A DNA stretch of 64,000 nt from Acidobacteriota bacterium (GTDB lineage: Bacteria > Acidobacteriota > UBA6911 > RPQK01 > JAJDTT01): contig OZ253580.1 in the NCBI GenBank assembly GCA_965263035.1, forward strand, positions 3,808,001 to 3,872,000, in the 5' to 3' direction. The notes beneath the pieces were generated by a model that made no database searches, was not told where the DNA came from, and saw only the letters and a list, made by a program, of their open reading frames with translations. Shown one piece after another: positions 18,830-28,110 of this stretch. Position numbers and translations under genes: made by a program. Numbering within the stretch: the first letter of the stretch is position 1; each line of letters begins with the position of its first letter.

Positions 18830-20224
18830 CTAATCCTCGTCGTCCAGTTCTTCCGGCATGAGGACGAACTCGGGATAGGCCTCCATGCCCAACTCGCCCA
18901 CGTCCTGTCCCAGCCGTTCCACCTGGGCCGACACTCGCACGCCCATCGTCATCGCCAGCACTTTCCACACGATCAATGATGACGCGAACACGAACACACC
19001 CACCGACACGATGCCCAACAACTGGACCCCGACGTTGCCGCCCGCCGCTATGCAGACCGCGATCGTTCCCCAGGTCCCCGCAAACAGGTGCGCCGGCACC
19101 GCCCCCACCACGTCGTCGATCTTGACCTTCTCCAGGACCTTGATCCCCGCCGTGCACAGGATGGCGCCGATGGCGCCGATGAGAATCGACCAGTGGTGCG
19201 ACACGATGTCCGGTCCCGCCGTGATCGCCACCAGGCCCGCGATCCCCCCGTTCAACGTCGCGAACAGGTCATTGCGCCCCAGGATCGGCCGCGACACGAT
19301 CAGGGCCGTCACCACCCCGGCCGCCGCCGCCAGGTTCGTGTTCACCAGCACGTGGCTCATCGCCATCGCGTCCGCCGCGCTCCCCAGCGCCAACTGCGAC
19401 CCGCCGTTGAATCCGAACCACCCGAACCAGAGGATGAACACCCCCAGCGTCACGACGATCACGTTCGACGGCGGCGTCGGCTTCACCGTCCCGTCCTTCC
19501 GGAACTTGCCCAGCCGCGGCCCCACGATCAGGATCCCCGCCAACGCGGCCCAGCCGCCCGTGCTGTGCACGATCGTCGATCCCGCAAAATCCTGGAACCC
19601 CAGCTCGCTCAGCCAGCCGCCGCCCCAGGTCCACGCCCCCACCACCGGGTAGATCACCGCCGTCAGCACCACCGAGAACGCGAAAAACGACCACATCTTC
19701 ACCCGCTCGGCCAGCGCCCCCGACACGATCGACGCTGCCGTCGCCACGAACACCATCTGGAAAAACCAGTCCGACATGGTCGAGTACTTGCTCTCGGCCC
19801 CCGTCACCGCCGCTACCGCCCCGTCCTGGCCCGCCACCAGCGCCAGATCCGCCGCCGACGGCCCGTACAGCAACTTGAACGACCCGATCACGCTCCCCAC
19901 GTCCGTGTACATCAGGTTGTACCCGATCACGTAGTAGGCCAGCCCCGCGATCGAGTACAGACCGACGTTCTTCATGCAGATCATGGACGCGTTCTTGGTC
20001 CGCACCGACCCGGACTCCAGCATCGTGAACCCGGCGCACATCCACATCACCATGGCGCCCCAAACCATGAACGAGAAGGTGTTGAACACGTACAGCACCT
20101 CGTCGTCCACCGCCGCCTGCGCCGCCGCCGTCCCGCACAGCAGACAGATCACCACCAACAGCAGCTTCCCCACCGCTCCCCGCACCAGCCGCTTGTGCAG
20201 CGGGATCTTCGTTCCTTCTCTCAT
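18830..20224 (-). CDS. amtB: Ammonium transporter
   Basis: WFFQMVF; SIVSGALAER; WTWGGGWL; DFAGSTIVH; WFGWFGFNGGS; GLVAITA; DDVVGAVPAH (twin His retained). Confidence 0.96.
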   Translation of the reverse strand: MREGTKIPLHKRLVRGAVGKLLLVVICLLCGTAAAQAAVDDEVLYVFNTFSFMVWGAMVMWMCAGFTMLESGSVRTKNASMICMKNVGLYSIAGLAYYVIGYNLMYTDVGSVIGSFKLLYGPSAADLALVAGQDGAVAAVTGAESKYSTMSDWFFQMVFVATAASIVSGALAERVKMWSFFAFSVVLTAVIYPVVGAWTWGGGWLSELGFQDFAGSTIVHSTGGWAALAGILIVGPRLGKFRKDGTVKPTPPSNVIVVTLGVFILWFGWFGFNGGSQLALGSAADAMAMSHVLVNTNLAAAAGVVTALIVSRPILGRNDLFATLNGGIAGLVAITAGPDIVSHHWSILIGAIGAILCTAGIKVLEKVKIDDVVGAVPAHLFAGTWGTIAVCIAAGGNVGVQLLGIVSVGVFVFASSLIVWKVLAMTMGVRVSAQVERLGQDVGELGMEAYPEFVLMPEELDDED

Positions 20225-20356
20225 CGCTCCCTCCCGAGTCGCAGTTCCGTCGTAAACAGGATCCGTTGAACCTGCAATCGCCATATATCGATCTCAGCTA
20301 CAAACTTCGAATCCGTCCAGTCGATTTCGATCTCCCCCCGACGCCATCATGGGAAC

Positions 20357-20692
20357 TCAGCCCGCGTATGCGGCACGGGCTTCGGACCGTGATCCATGAG
20401 TTGGGATGACCCTGTCGAAGCCGCTGATGGTGAAGACCCTTTCGATGGAATCGGAGAGCGAGCAGACCGAGAATCGTCCTCTCCTTCTCTTTATTTGCTG
20501 GGCAAGGAGCAGAAATACACGCAGGCCCGCACTGCTGACATACGAGAGGCCTGCCAAATCCAGGATGACGTCATCGTCGTCGCCGATTGCCGCTTGCAGC
20601 GCGTTCTGAAACTCCAGCGCATTGGCGCCATCGACGCGACCGACTGCCGTGGCAATCAAGATTCCATCTTCCCTCTCTGCATCTACTTTCAT
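20357..20692 (-). CDS. STAS-domain anti-sigma factor antagonist
   Basis: GRVDGANA; ILDLAGLSYVSSAGLRVFL (phosphoacceptor Ser); VFTISGF. Confidence 0.92.
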   Translation of the reverse strand: MKVDAEREDGILIATAVGRVDGANALEFQNALQAAIGDDDDVILDLAGLSYVSSAGLRVFLLLAQQIKRRRGRFSVCSLSDSIERVFTISGFDRVIPTHGSRSEARAAYAG

Positions 20693-20994
20693 ATGACCAA
20701 TCTCCCACAATTCACCAGCCACAAGCCTCCCCGATACTGGTCCCGCGGATCTTCTCGGATGTCAAGGCCCGAAGCCAGCGAGTTTACCTTGTTGCCTGAT
20801 CGGAAAACAGAGGTTGGTCAGGCAGAAAAGAGGTAAAGATTGGTCGGGATCGACCCCCGATTCGTGTGAGGCCAGTCGACTATCGAAATCTCGAATAATC
20901 GCGGTAGTGTTCGCCATCCGTTCTATTGACTCCCCGCCGGAGATCGTGGTACGCCTCTGCTCAGCAAGTCGCCAGCGAAGACAAGGAGCCACTC

Positions 20995-22500
20995 ATGAAG
21001 CCTAGCCGCATTCCGGGAATCATCCTGATTTTTCTCTGCTCAGTTGTGACAGGATTTCCGGCCAAACCACTCTCCTACGTGCACATCCCTTCGGGACAGC
21101 ATCAGTTGTTCCTGGACGATTTCTTGGTCGGCGCCCTCTACCGCGTCGAGCGCCGGGTCAATCCGCCAGTCAAGTACAAAGGCAACCCGGTGGTCCGGGC
21201 GGACCAGCCCTGGGAGCAGTCTCCGGGACCCGATTGGAATCCCGGAGTCAGCAAGTCGATCCAGATCCGCAGCGCCCCCTGCTGGGACCCCCAGGAGGAG
21301 GTTTGGAAGATGTGGTACCACGCCGGTGGGGAAACGGCGTTCGCCCGTTCCCGGGACGGGATCCAGTGGGAGAAACCGTCTTTGGGAATGCGGGAGTTTC
21401 AGGGATCCAAGGACAACAACCTGGTGGTGCTTCGAGACGCGCCCGGGACCTTCATCCAGCACGTACTGCTGGACCCCGACGCGGGGCCTGCACGGCGATA
21501 CAAGGGACTGACCGGATCTCATGACCGGCATCCCGTGGTCTCATCCGACGGCTACGAGTTCACCAAGCTGGACGTGCCGGTGATCCCCAGCCAGGACGAG
21601 TCGCATCTGAACTACGACGAGGTCAAGAAGCGGTTCATCGCCACGGTCAAGCACCGGGGCCCATTTGGCCGATCCGTGTTTCTGTCCCTGAGCACCGATT
21701 TCGAGAACTGGACCGACCCCGAGCTCATCTATCACGCCGATGCCTATGACCAACTGCTGGGTGAGAAGCGGGTCCGGGAGCATCTGGTCAATCCCAAACT
21801 CCGTCTGATGACCGTCAACCAGCCGGAGCACTACAACACCGAGATCTACAACATGCCCATCTTCCCTTACGAGGGGACCTACATCGGGCTGCCCAACCAC
21901 TTCGAAGCCGCCGGCCACTCTCCCAACCGGAACCAGGAGGGGATCAACTCGGTAAAGCTGTCCACCAGCCGCGATCTCCGGCGGTGGGTGAAGGTGGGCA
22001 ACCGGGGATCCTTCATTCCGGTCTCGGAATTGGGTAAAGGGGTGATCGACACGGGCCAGGTCCTGGCTGCGTCCCGGCCCCAGGTCCACGGAGACGAGCT
22101 TTGGTTCTATTACACCGGCCTGAACCACCGCTTCCAGACCGACGATCCCTACCGGGGCGGAATTCACCTGGCGAAGCTCAAGCGGGACCGGTTCGCCTAC
22201 TTCGGCGCGGACCAGGAGGGTGGGTTCGTGGAGACCCGAGCCATCCGCTTCGAAGGGAACCGGCTCTTCATCAACGCCGACGCCACGGATGGAGAGGTCC
22301 GAGTGGAGGTGATCGACCAACGGGGCCGCCGGGTGCTGGAAGGGTGGAGCCGTGACCAGTCCCAGCCGATCCAGGGCGACCACCTGCGAGCCGCGGTGAA
22401 GTGGGCGGGCAAACCGGACCTGGGCGCCTTTCAGGGTGAGTCGATCCGTTTTCGGTTCCGGCTCTACAACGCCCGGTTATTTTCGTTCTGGTTGGAATAG
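20995..22500 (+). CDS. Secreted GH32-like beta-propeller protein (paralog 2)
   Basis: RBS AGGAG; signal peptide; QLFLDD; WKMWY; SRDGIQWEKP; ELWFYYTG; LKRDRF; RLFSFW. Confidence 0.8.
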   Translation: MKPSRIPGIILIFLCSVVTGFPAKPLSYVHIPSGQHQLFLDDFLVGALYRVERRVNPPVKYKGNPVVRADQPWEQSPGPDWNPGVSKSIQIRSAPCWDPQEEVWKMWYHAGGETAFARSRDGIQWEKPSLGMREFQGSKDNNLVVLRDAPGTFIQHVLLDPDAGPARRYKGLTGSHDRHPVVSSDGYEFTKLDVPVIPSQDESHLNYDEVKKRFIATVKHRGPFGRSVFLSLSTDFENWTDPELIYHADAYDQLLGEKRVREHLVNPKLRLMTVNQPEHYNTEIYNMPIFPYEGTYIGLPNHFEAAGHSPNRNQEGINSVKLSTSRDLRRWVKVGNRGSFIPVSELGKGVIDTGQVLAASRPQVHGDELWFYYTGLNHRFQTDDPYRGGIHLAKLKRDRFAYFGADQEGGFVETRAIRFEGNRLFINADATDGEVRVEVIDQRGRRVLEGWSRDQSQPIQGDHLRAAVKWAGKPDLGAFQGESIRFRFRLYNARLFSFWLE

Positions 22501-22527
22501 CTCTTGGACCCTGAAAGGAGCGAAAGA

Positions 22528-23700
22528 ATGAAGGACAGGCCCAGGATCGCCAGCATCGAGGTCTTCCAGTACGAGCGGGACGTCAACGACGTGGGGGTCG
22601 AGCCGACCATCGGCATTCTCATCTACCAGCCTGGCGGGGTGCAGAAGTTTCGCGGCCGGGGCCTCCGGATCCACACCGACCTGGGAGTCACGGGGGAGTA
22701 TTTCGGGGGATTCGAGGCCGACTACGCCGTCGTCGCCGGGCTGGCCCACACCCTTATCGGCCGCAACGCATTGGAGCGGGACGCCATCTACGACGACCTG
22801 AAGCAGGCCACCCGGCAGCAGTCCCGAATGGGTATGGGGGTGGTGGACATCGCGCTCTGGGATCTGGCCGGCAAGTACTACGACGCACCGGTCTATGAGC
22901 TTCTCGGCGGATCGGCCGGCAAGAAGCTCCCCTGTTACGCCAGCACCTACGTCGGCGACTACGAGCAGGGAGGCCTCAACAGCCCAGAGGCCTACGCGGA
23001 CTTCGCCGAGGAGTGCCTGGAAATGGGTTACCCCGGCTTCAAGATCCACGGCTGGCAGGACGGTCCTCTCAAGGACCAGATCGAATTGGTTCGGGCCGTG
23101 GGCCGAAGAGTGGGGGACAGAATGGACCTGATGCTGGACCCCTTCTGCGCCATCCGAACGTTTGCTGACGCCCTGAAGCTGGGCCGGGCCTGCGACGAGT
23201 TCGACTATTTCTGGTACGAGGACCCTTTCCGGGACGGCGGTGTCTCGGCTTTCGCCCACCGGAAACTGCGCCAGCTCATCAAGACGCCCCTCCTTCAGTT
23301 GGAACACCTGAGGGGCCTGGAGTCGCATGTGGACTTCATCGTGGCCGACGGCACCGACTTCGTGCGCATCGATACCGACTACGACGGCGGCATCACCGGG
23401 GTGATGAAGATCGCTCACGCCGCGGAGGGATTCGGCCTGGATGTGGAGCTGCATGGACCGGGCCCGGACCGGCGCCACGTGATGGCCGCCATCCGCAACA
23501 CCAATTACTACGAAATGGGCTTGCTCCATCCGCAGCTGGGCCCCTTCCACATGGCGCCCTTCAAATGCGGCTATCGGGACGCCATCGACGCCATCGACGC
23601 GGATGGCTGCGTCGTCGCCCCCGACGGTCCGGGACTGGGCGTCGAGTATGACTGGGACTACATCATGGACCACTGTGCGGATCGGGCGGAGTACAAATAG
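22528..23700 (+). CDS. Enolase-superfamily (mandelate racemase-like) enzyme
   Basis: VDIALWDLAGK; FKIH; LMLD; WYEDP; ELHG; GPGLGV. Confidence 0.9.
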   Translation: MKDRPRIASIEVFQYERDVNDVGVEPTIGILIYQPGGVQKFRGRGLRIHTDLGVTGEYFGGFEADYAVVAGLAHTLIGRNALERDAIYDDLKQATRQQSRMGMGVVDIALWDLAGKYYDAPVYELLGGSAGKKLPCYASTYVGDYEQGGLNSPEAYADFAEECLEMGYPGFKIHGWQDGPLKDQIELVRAVGRRVGDRMDLMLDPFCAIRTFADALKLGRACDEFDYFWYEDPFRDGGVSAFAHRKLRQLIKTPLLQLEHLRGLESHVDFIVADGTDFVRIDTDYDGGITGVMKIAHAAEGFGLDVELHGPGPDRRHVMAAIRNTNYYEMGLLHPQLGPFHMAPFKCGYRDAIDAIDADGCVVAPDGPGLGVEYDWDYIMDHCADRAEYK

Positions 23701-23741
23701 GGCGCGCTTGAGCCGATTCGAGACCGGAGGACTGGTTTGAG

Positions 23742-25133
23742 ATGGGCACGCAGGGTTGGCAGGAATATCTGAAGGATCGTCAAGACCGGTGGATCGAGGA
23801 ACTGAGCGAGTTTCTGACCATCCCCAGCATCTCGGCGCTGCCCGAGCACGCCGGTGACGTGCAGCAAGCGGCCCGTTGGGTCGGCGACCGGCTGCAGAGG
23901 GCGGGCATCGAGAACGTCGAGGTCCTCCCCACCGAAGGGCATCCCGTGGTCTACGGCGACTGGCTTCACGCCTCGGGCCGCCCCACGCTCCTGGTTTATG
24001 GACATTTCGACGTGCAGCCGGTGGATCCGGTGGAGCTCTGGAGCCACCCTCCCTTCGAGCCGGTGGTCCGGGACGGCCGGATCTACGCTCGAGGATCGTC
24101 TGACGACAAGGGGAACATGCTGGCTCCGATCCTGGCCGTTCAGGCCCTGCTGGAGACAACGGGAACCCTCCCCTTGAACCTGAAATTCCTGCTGGAGGGC
24201 CAGGAGGAGATCGGAAGTCCCCACCTTCCCCCCTTCATGAAGGCCGAGGCGGGACGGTTCGCATCCGACATGGCGGTGAGCGCCGACGGTTCCCAGTGGA
24301 GCGAGGAGGAACCGGCCACCTGGGTCTCGTTGCGCGGTCTTTGCGGTCTGCAGATCAATGTCCAGGGTCCTTCCCGGGACCTGCATTCGGGACTCTTCGG
24401 CGGCGCCGTCCAGAACCCCGTGCACGCCCTGGTTCGCCTGCTGGACTCCATGCGCTCAGCCGACGGCCGAGTGCTGGTCCAGGGCTTCTACGACGACGTA
24501 CGACAGCCCGATGACAGGTTGAGGAGCGAGCTGGCCCGGGTCCCGTACCGGGAGGCGGAACTGCTGGCCTCCATCGGAGTGAGCGAGACGTTCGGCGAGC
24601 CGGGGTTCAGCACCTACGAGCGGGAGTGGATTCGGCCGACCCTGGAGATCAACGGTATCTGGGGAGGTTTTCAGGGAGACGGTATGAAGACGGTCCTGCC
24701 TCGCCAGGCTCACGCCAAGGTCACCTGCCGCCTGGTGGCCGATCAGGAGCCGGACCGGATCTTGGAGGCCATCACCCGTCACGTGGAGCGGAACACGCCG
24801 CCGGGCGTCGAGGCGGAGGTCGTCGCTTTGGGATCGTCGTCCATGCCCTATTCCATCCCCATCGATCACCCGGGAAACCGGACGGCCGGCAAAGTGCTGG
24901 AGGAGCTCTACGGCAGAAGGCCGTACGTGGTGGGATCGGGAGGAAGCATCGCCACCTGCGGCCTCATCCTGGAGCATCTGGGGATCCACACCGTGAATCT
25001 CTCATTCGGCCTCGATGACGAATGCGCTCACAGTCCCGACGAATTCTTCCGTCTTTCCAGTTTTGAGAGAGCCCAGATCGCCCACGGCAGGTTCATGGAG
25101 GTCCTGGCCGCCGACTCCGGTCACGGATCTTGA
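23742..25133 (+). CDS. M20/M25/M40 dipeptidase (Dug1-like)
   Basis: VYGHFDVQP; RGSSDDKG; EGQEEIGS; DLHSG; AHSPDE. Confidence 0.93.
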   Translation: MGTQGWQEYLKDRQDRWIEELSEFLTIPSISALPEHAGDVQQAARWVGDRLQRAGIENVEVLPTEGHPVVYGDWLHASGRPTLLVYGHFDVQPVDPVELWSHPPFEPVVRDGRIYARGSSDDKGNMLAPILAVQALLETTGTLPLNLKFLLEGQEEIGSPHLPPFMKAEAGRFASDMAVSADGSQWSEEEPATWVSLRGLCGLQINVQGPSRDLHSGLFGGAVQNPVHALVRLLDSMRSADGRVLVQGFYDDVRQPDDRLRSELARVPYREAELLASIGVSETFGEPGFSTYEREWIRPTLEINGIWGGFQGDGMKTVLPRQAHAKVTCRLVADQEPDRILEAITRHVERNTPPGVEAEVVALGSSSMPYSIPIDHPGNRTAGKVLEELYGRRPYVVGSGGSIATCGLILEHLGIHTVNLSFGLDDECAHSPDEFFRLSSFERAQIAHGRFMEVLAADSGHGS

Positions 25134-25194
25134 TGAACTGGAGCAGCCGGGGAGGTTCTGCAACCTTGCCCTCGACTTGGAGGGGTCGTTCGGG

Positions 25195-26421
25195 TCAGAG
25201 GCAGGCGGCTGGAATTCCCACCAAGCGAGGACCGTAGAGGCGGGGCCTCTCATCGTTGTTGATGACGAACCCGAGGCGACAGGCGTACTCCTCGACAAAA
25301 TCGCTTATGGGGCGGAGTTCACGGGCGCGGACGGTCTGAGGGTATTTGATCTCGATGGGGACAACCCCAAAGGTCCCCTCCAGGACCAGATCGACCTCGG
25401 CGCCCCCGTGGGTCCGATAGTGATAAGGGTCACAGGCGATTCCACTTGCGGCCAACCCTCTGAGTATCTGTTCAACGACCGTTCCTTCCCACGACCGGAC
25501 CATTTGAGGATGCCCCCGTAAATCGTCCAGTTCACCGATTCGAAGCAGGTGGTGGAGTAGGCCCGAGTCGCGAAGATGCCCGCGCGGGCTCTTGACCACG
25601 CGCTTGAGCACGTTGCGTGTGAAAGCGGGCAGAGTCCTCCAGAGGAAGGAACCGTGCGCGATCTCGAAATACTCGCGGGCGGTGGGCTGGGATACATTCA
25701 GAGCGCGAGCGACGTCCGAGTAGTTCAAGATCGTGCCCGAAAGACCTGCGAGCAACTGGATGAAGCGGCGAAAGCGGTTTCGGTTCAGACCGGGGAAGAG
25801 GGTCCCGATGTCGCGGTGAAGGTAGGTTTGAACGTACTGTTCCTGCCAGACTTGACGGAACCGATCTCCACCCTTGACCCAGGGTTGGGGATATCCTCCC
25901 CAGAACCAGTATTCGTGGAGTTTCCGAATTCCCGCACGGGGTGTCAGCTCCTTTACGAAGCGTTCCGGCTTCCAGCCTTGCGACAGCCCGGAGAAAAAAG
26001 GACTCGGGGGCTCGCGGATCGCTTCCGCCAGGGAAAAGGGGCCCATCTCGATCAGGCCGATCCGGCCGGCTAGACTCTCCGAGATCCGCCCGGTGAGGTC
26101 AGGCGAACTCGAACCGGTAATGACGAATCTGCCGGTTCGGGATCGATCGGCATCGACGGCGACCCTCAACGCTTGGAAGAGTGGAGGAAAGGCCTGTGCT
26201 TCGTCGATGGCCACTCGATCAGGATGTAGACGGAAAAACAGATCGGGGTCGCGCGCAATGGCTTCGAAATCCGATTGTCGTTCCAGATCGAAATGCAACC
26301 ATCCTTTGCCCAACTGTCCCAGCAAAGTGGTCTTCCCACACTGTCGTGGTCCGATAAGACCGACACAGGGGAAGAACCCCAGGTATTCGAGAAGAAGTTT
26401 AGTGGTATGACGTGGAATCAC
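25195..26421 (-). CDS. AAA_14 ATPase with DUF4143 (PD-(D/E)XK-like C-terminus)
   Basis: GPRQCGKTT; IDEAQ; TGSSS; SESLAGR; GGYP; YRTHGGAEVDLV..PIEIK; GTG start assumed. Confidence 0.9.
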   Translation of the reverse strand: MIPRHTTKLLLEYLGFFPCVGLIGPRQCGKTTLLGQLGKGWLHFDLERQSDFEAIARDPDLFFRLHPDRVAIDEAQAFPPLFQALRVAVDADRSRTGRFVITGSSSPDLTGRISESLAGRIGLIEMGPFSLAEAIREPPSPFFSGLSQGWKPERFVKELTPRAGIRKLHEYWFWGGYPQPWVKGGDRFRQVWQEQYVQTYLHRDIGTLFPGLNRNRFRRFIQLLAGLSGTILNYSDVARALNVSQPTAREYFEIAHGSFLWRTLPAFTRNVLKRVVKSPRGHLRDSGLLHHLLRIGELDDLRGHPQMVRSWEGTVVEQILRGLAASGIACDPYHYRTHGGAEVDLVLEGTFGVVPIEIKYPQTVRARELRPISDFVEEYACRLGFVINNDERPRLYGPRLVGIPAACL

Positions 26422-26645
26422 ACCTGGAATATTGAAAGGTACAGTTTGAAAATACAAGGTGAAATTGCACGATCGACCTTGCTACAGACGCATACGACTC
26501 CGGCCGGTAGGGGAGTAAGCGTTTGAATCGGGACGAATGGTCGCCGTGAAGACCTTGCCGATCCCCGTGCCGCGCCAGCCCGTCGCCGCAGGGCAGCGGG
26601 GTTCTGACCGCTCGCCCGACGAGAAACCGCTCGATACGCGTTCGT

Positions 26646-27965
26646 TCAGGCGACGCCGCACCAGTCCATGGCCACCTGGGCATAGGCCTTGGTGGCGACC
26701 ATCAACTCCGAGATGTCCAGGAACTCGTCCACGGCGTGGGCCTGGAGCAGGCTTCCGGGACCGTACACCAGGCTGGGAATGCCTTTGGCGCTCAGGAACG
26801 CCGCGTCGCAGACGGCATAGAAGCCCTGCATGGCGGCAGGACCCTCGAAGGGAGTGCCTCGGGCAGCGGTCTCATGGGCGGCGGCCATGGCCTTGCAGAT
26901 GGGATGCTCCCGGTCGACCGAGAAGGGAGGCCAGTGCAGTTTCCACTCCACTTCAGGAGGATTCTCGCGGAGCCATTCGTCCAGCTGGGCGGCGTGGTGG
27001 ATCTGGTTCTCCACCTCCTGCTTGACCTCTTCCTCCGACTGCTCCGGGTGGTACCAGATGGCATACTCGATGGTGCAGAACTCGGAAATGAAGAAGGGGA
27101 CCCCCACGCCGTGGGGCGCTCCCATGACCACTCCGGGATGGAGAGTGAAATGCCCGGGCTTGAACAGGTCGTGGACCTTGGTGAGCCCCCATTCGTCTTC
27201 CAGCTTCCGGAGGCATTCGAAAATGAACACGCCCTTGTCGATGGCGTTGACAGCCACACTGGATCCGAAACCGCCCGCCCGGAAGGTTTCGGCCCGGGTG
27301 GACGCATGACTCGACTTGCCGCGGCAGGTGACCGCCATCCAGAGGAGTCCCGGACTGATGGGAACGATCGCCAGGGGCCGCACCGGCGCCGAGGCCTCGG
27401 AGACCACGGCCGCATCCGCCCGGTAGCCTCTTCGAACCGTGGCCGTGACGCCCGCCTCGTGGTCCATCACCTCTTCACCCACCACGCTCTCCAGGAGCAG
27501 GTCCCCCTTGAGCCGTATCCCCAGGCGCTGCAGCGCCAGAGCCGCCATGGCTTGGCTCACCACCGGTCCCTTCATGTCGCAGGAACCCCGGCCGTAGATT
27601 TTCCCCCCGTCCACCTTGCCGCTGAAAGGGTCGGACCATCTCCAGTCTTCCGGTCGTCCGGTGGGCACGGTATCGATGTGGCCGTTGAAGATTAGGGACT
27701 GTCCCCCGCCGGCTCCCTTGAGGACGCCCACGGCGTTGGCTCGGCGGGCCTCCGCTTCCCAGACGTCGACTTCGCACCCGACGGTCCGGTAGAGCTCCGC
27801 CACGACCTGGTTGGCATTGGTCTCCCCTCCCAGGACCTCTTCCTTGACCACTCCCGGATACTTGGGATTGATGCTGGGAATCCGGACGACTTCGCTGATC
27901 TTCTCGACGATCTCGTCCTGCATTCCGTCGATGGTCTCGAATACCTTGGCCGTGAGTTCCGTCAT
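26646..27965 (-). CDS. ArgE/DapE-family M20 deacylase
   Basis: FNGHIDTVP; GRGSCDMKG; VGEE; GPGSLLQAHAVDE. Confidence 0.9.
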   Translation of the reverse strand: MTELTAKVFETIDGMQDEIVEKISEVVRIPSINPKYPGVVKEEVLGGETNANQVVAELYRTVGCEVDVWEAEARRANAVGVLKGAGGGQSLIFNGHIDTVPTGRPEDWRWSDPFSGKVDGGKIYGRGSCDMKGPVVSQAMAALALQRLGIRLKGDLLLESVVGEEVMDHEAGVTATVRRGYRADAAVVSEASAPVRPLAIVPISPGLLWMAVTCRGKSSHASTRAETFRAGGFGSSVAVNAIDKGVFIFECLRKLEDEWGLTKVHDLFKPGHFTLHPGVVMGAPHGVGVPFFISEFCTIEYAIWYHPEQSEEEVKQEVENQIHHAAQLDEWLRENPPEVEWKLHWPPFSVDREHPICKAMAAAHETAARGTPFEGPAAMQGFYAVCDAAFLSAKGIPSLVYGPGSLLQAHAVDEFLDISELMVATKAYAQVAMDWCGVA

Positions 27966-28110
27966 GACTGACTCCTTGATGGTCTGGTTTGCCTGAAATT
28001 TGGCGGTTTGGATGCTATGGGCTGACCGCCGCCCGGTCAAGCCCCCGGGCGCCGAATCCAAGCGCCGACGACGTTACGTCTGGCCGAACCGCCGGACCTG
28101 TGATCGTGCC

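Noticed and set aside
20225-20356. Sigma54 promoter upstream of amtB
   Set aside because: TGGCGATTGC lacks the required -24/-12 spacing.
20762-20992. Short minus-strand ORF upstream of the STAS gene
   Set aside because: No motif or RBS; possibly a remnant but not supportable.
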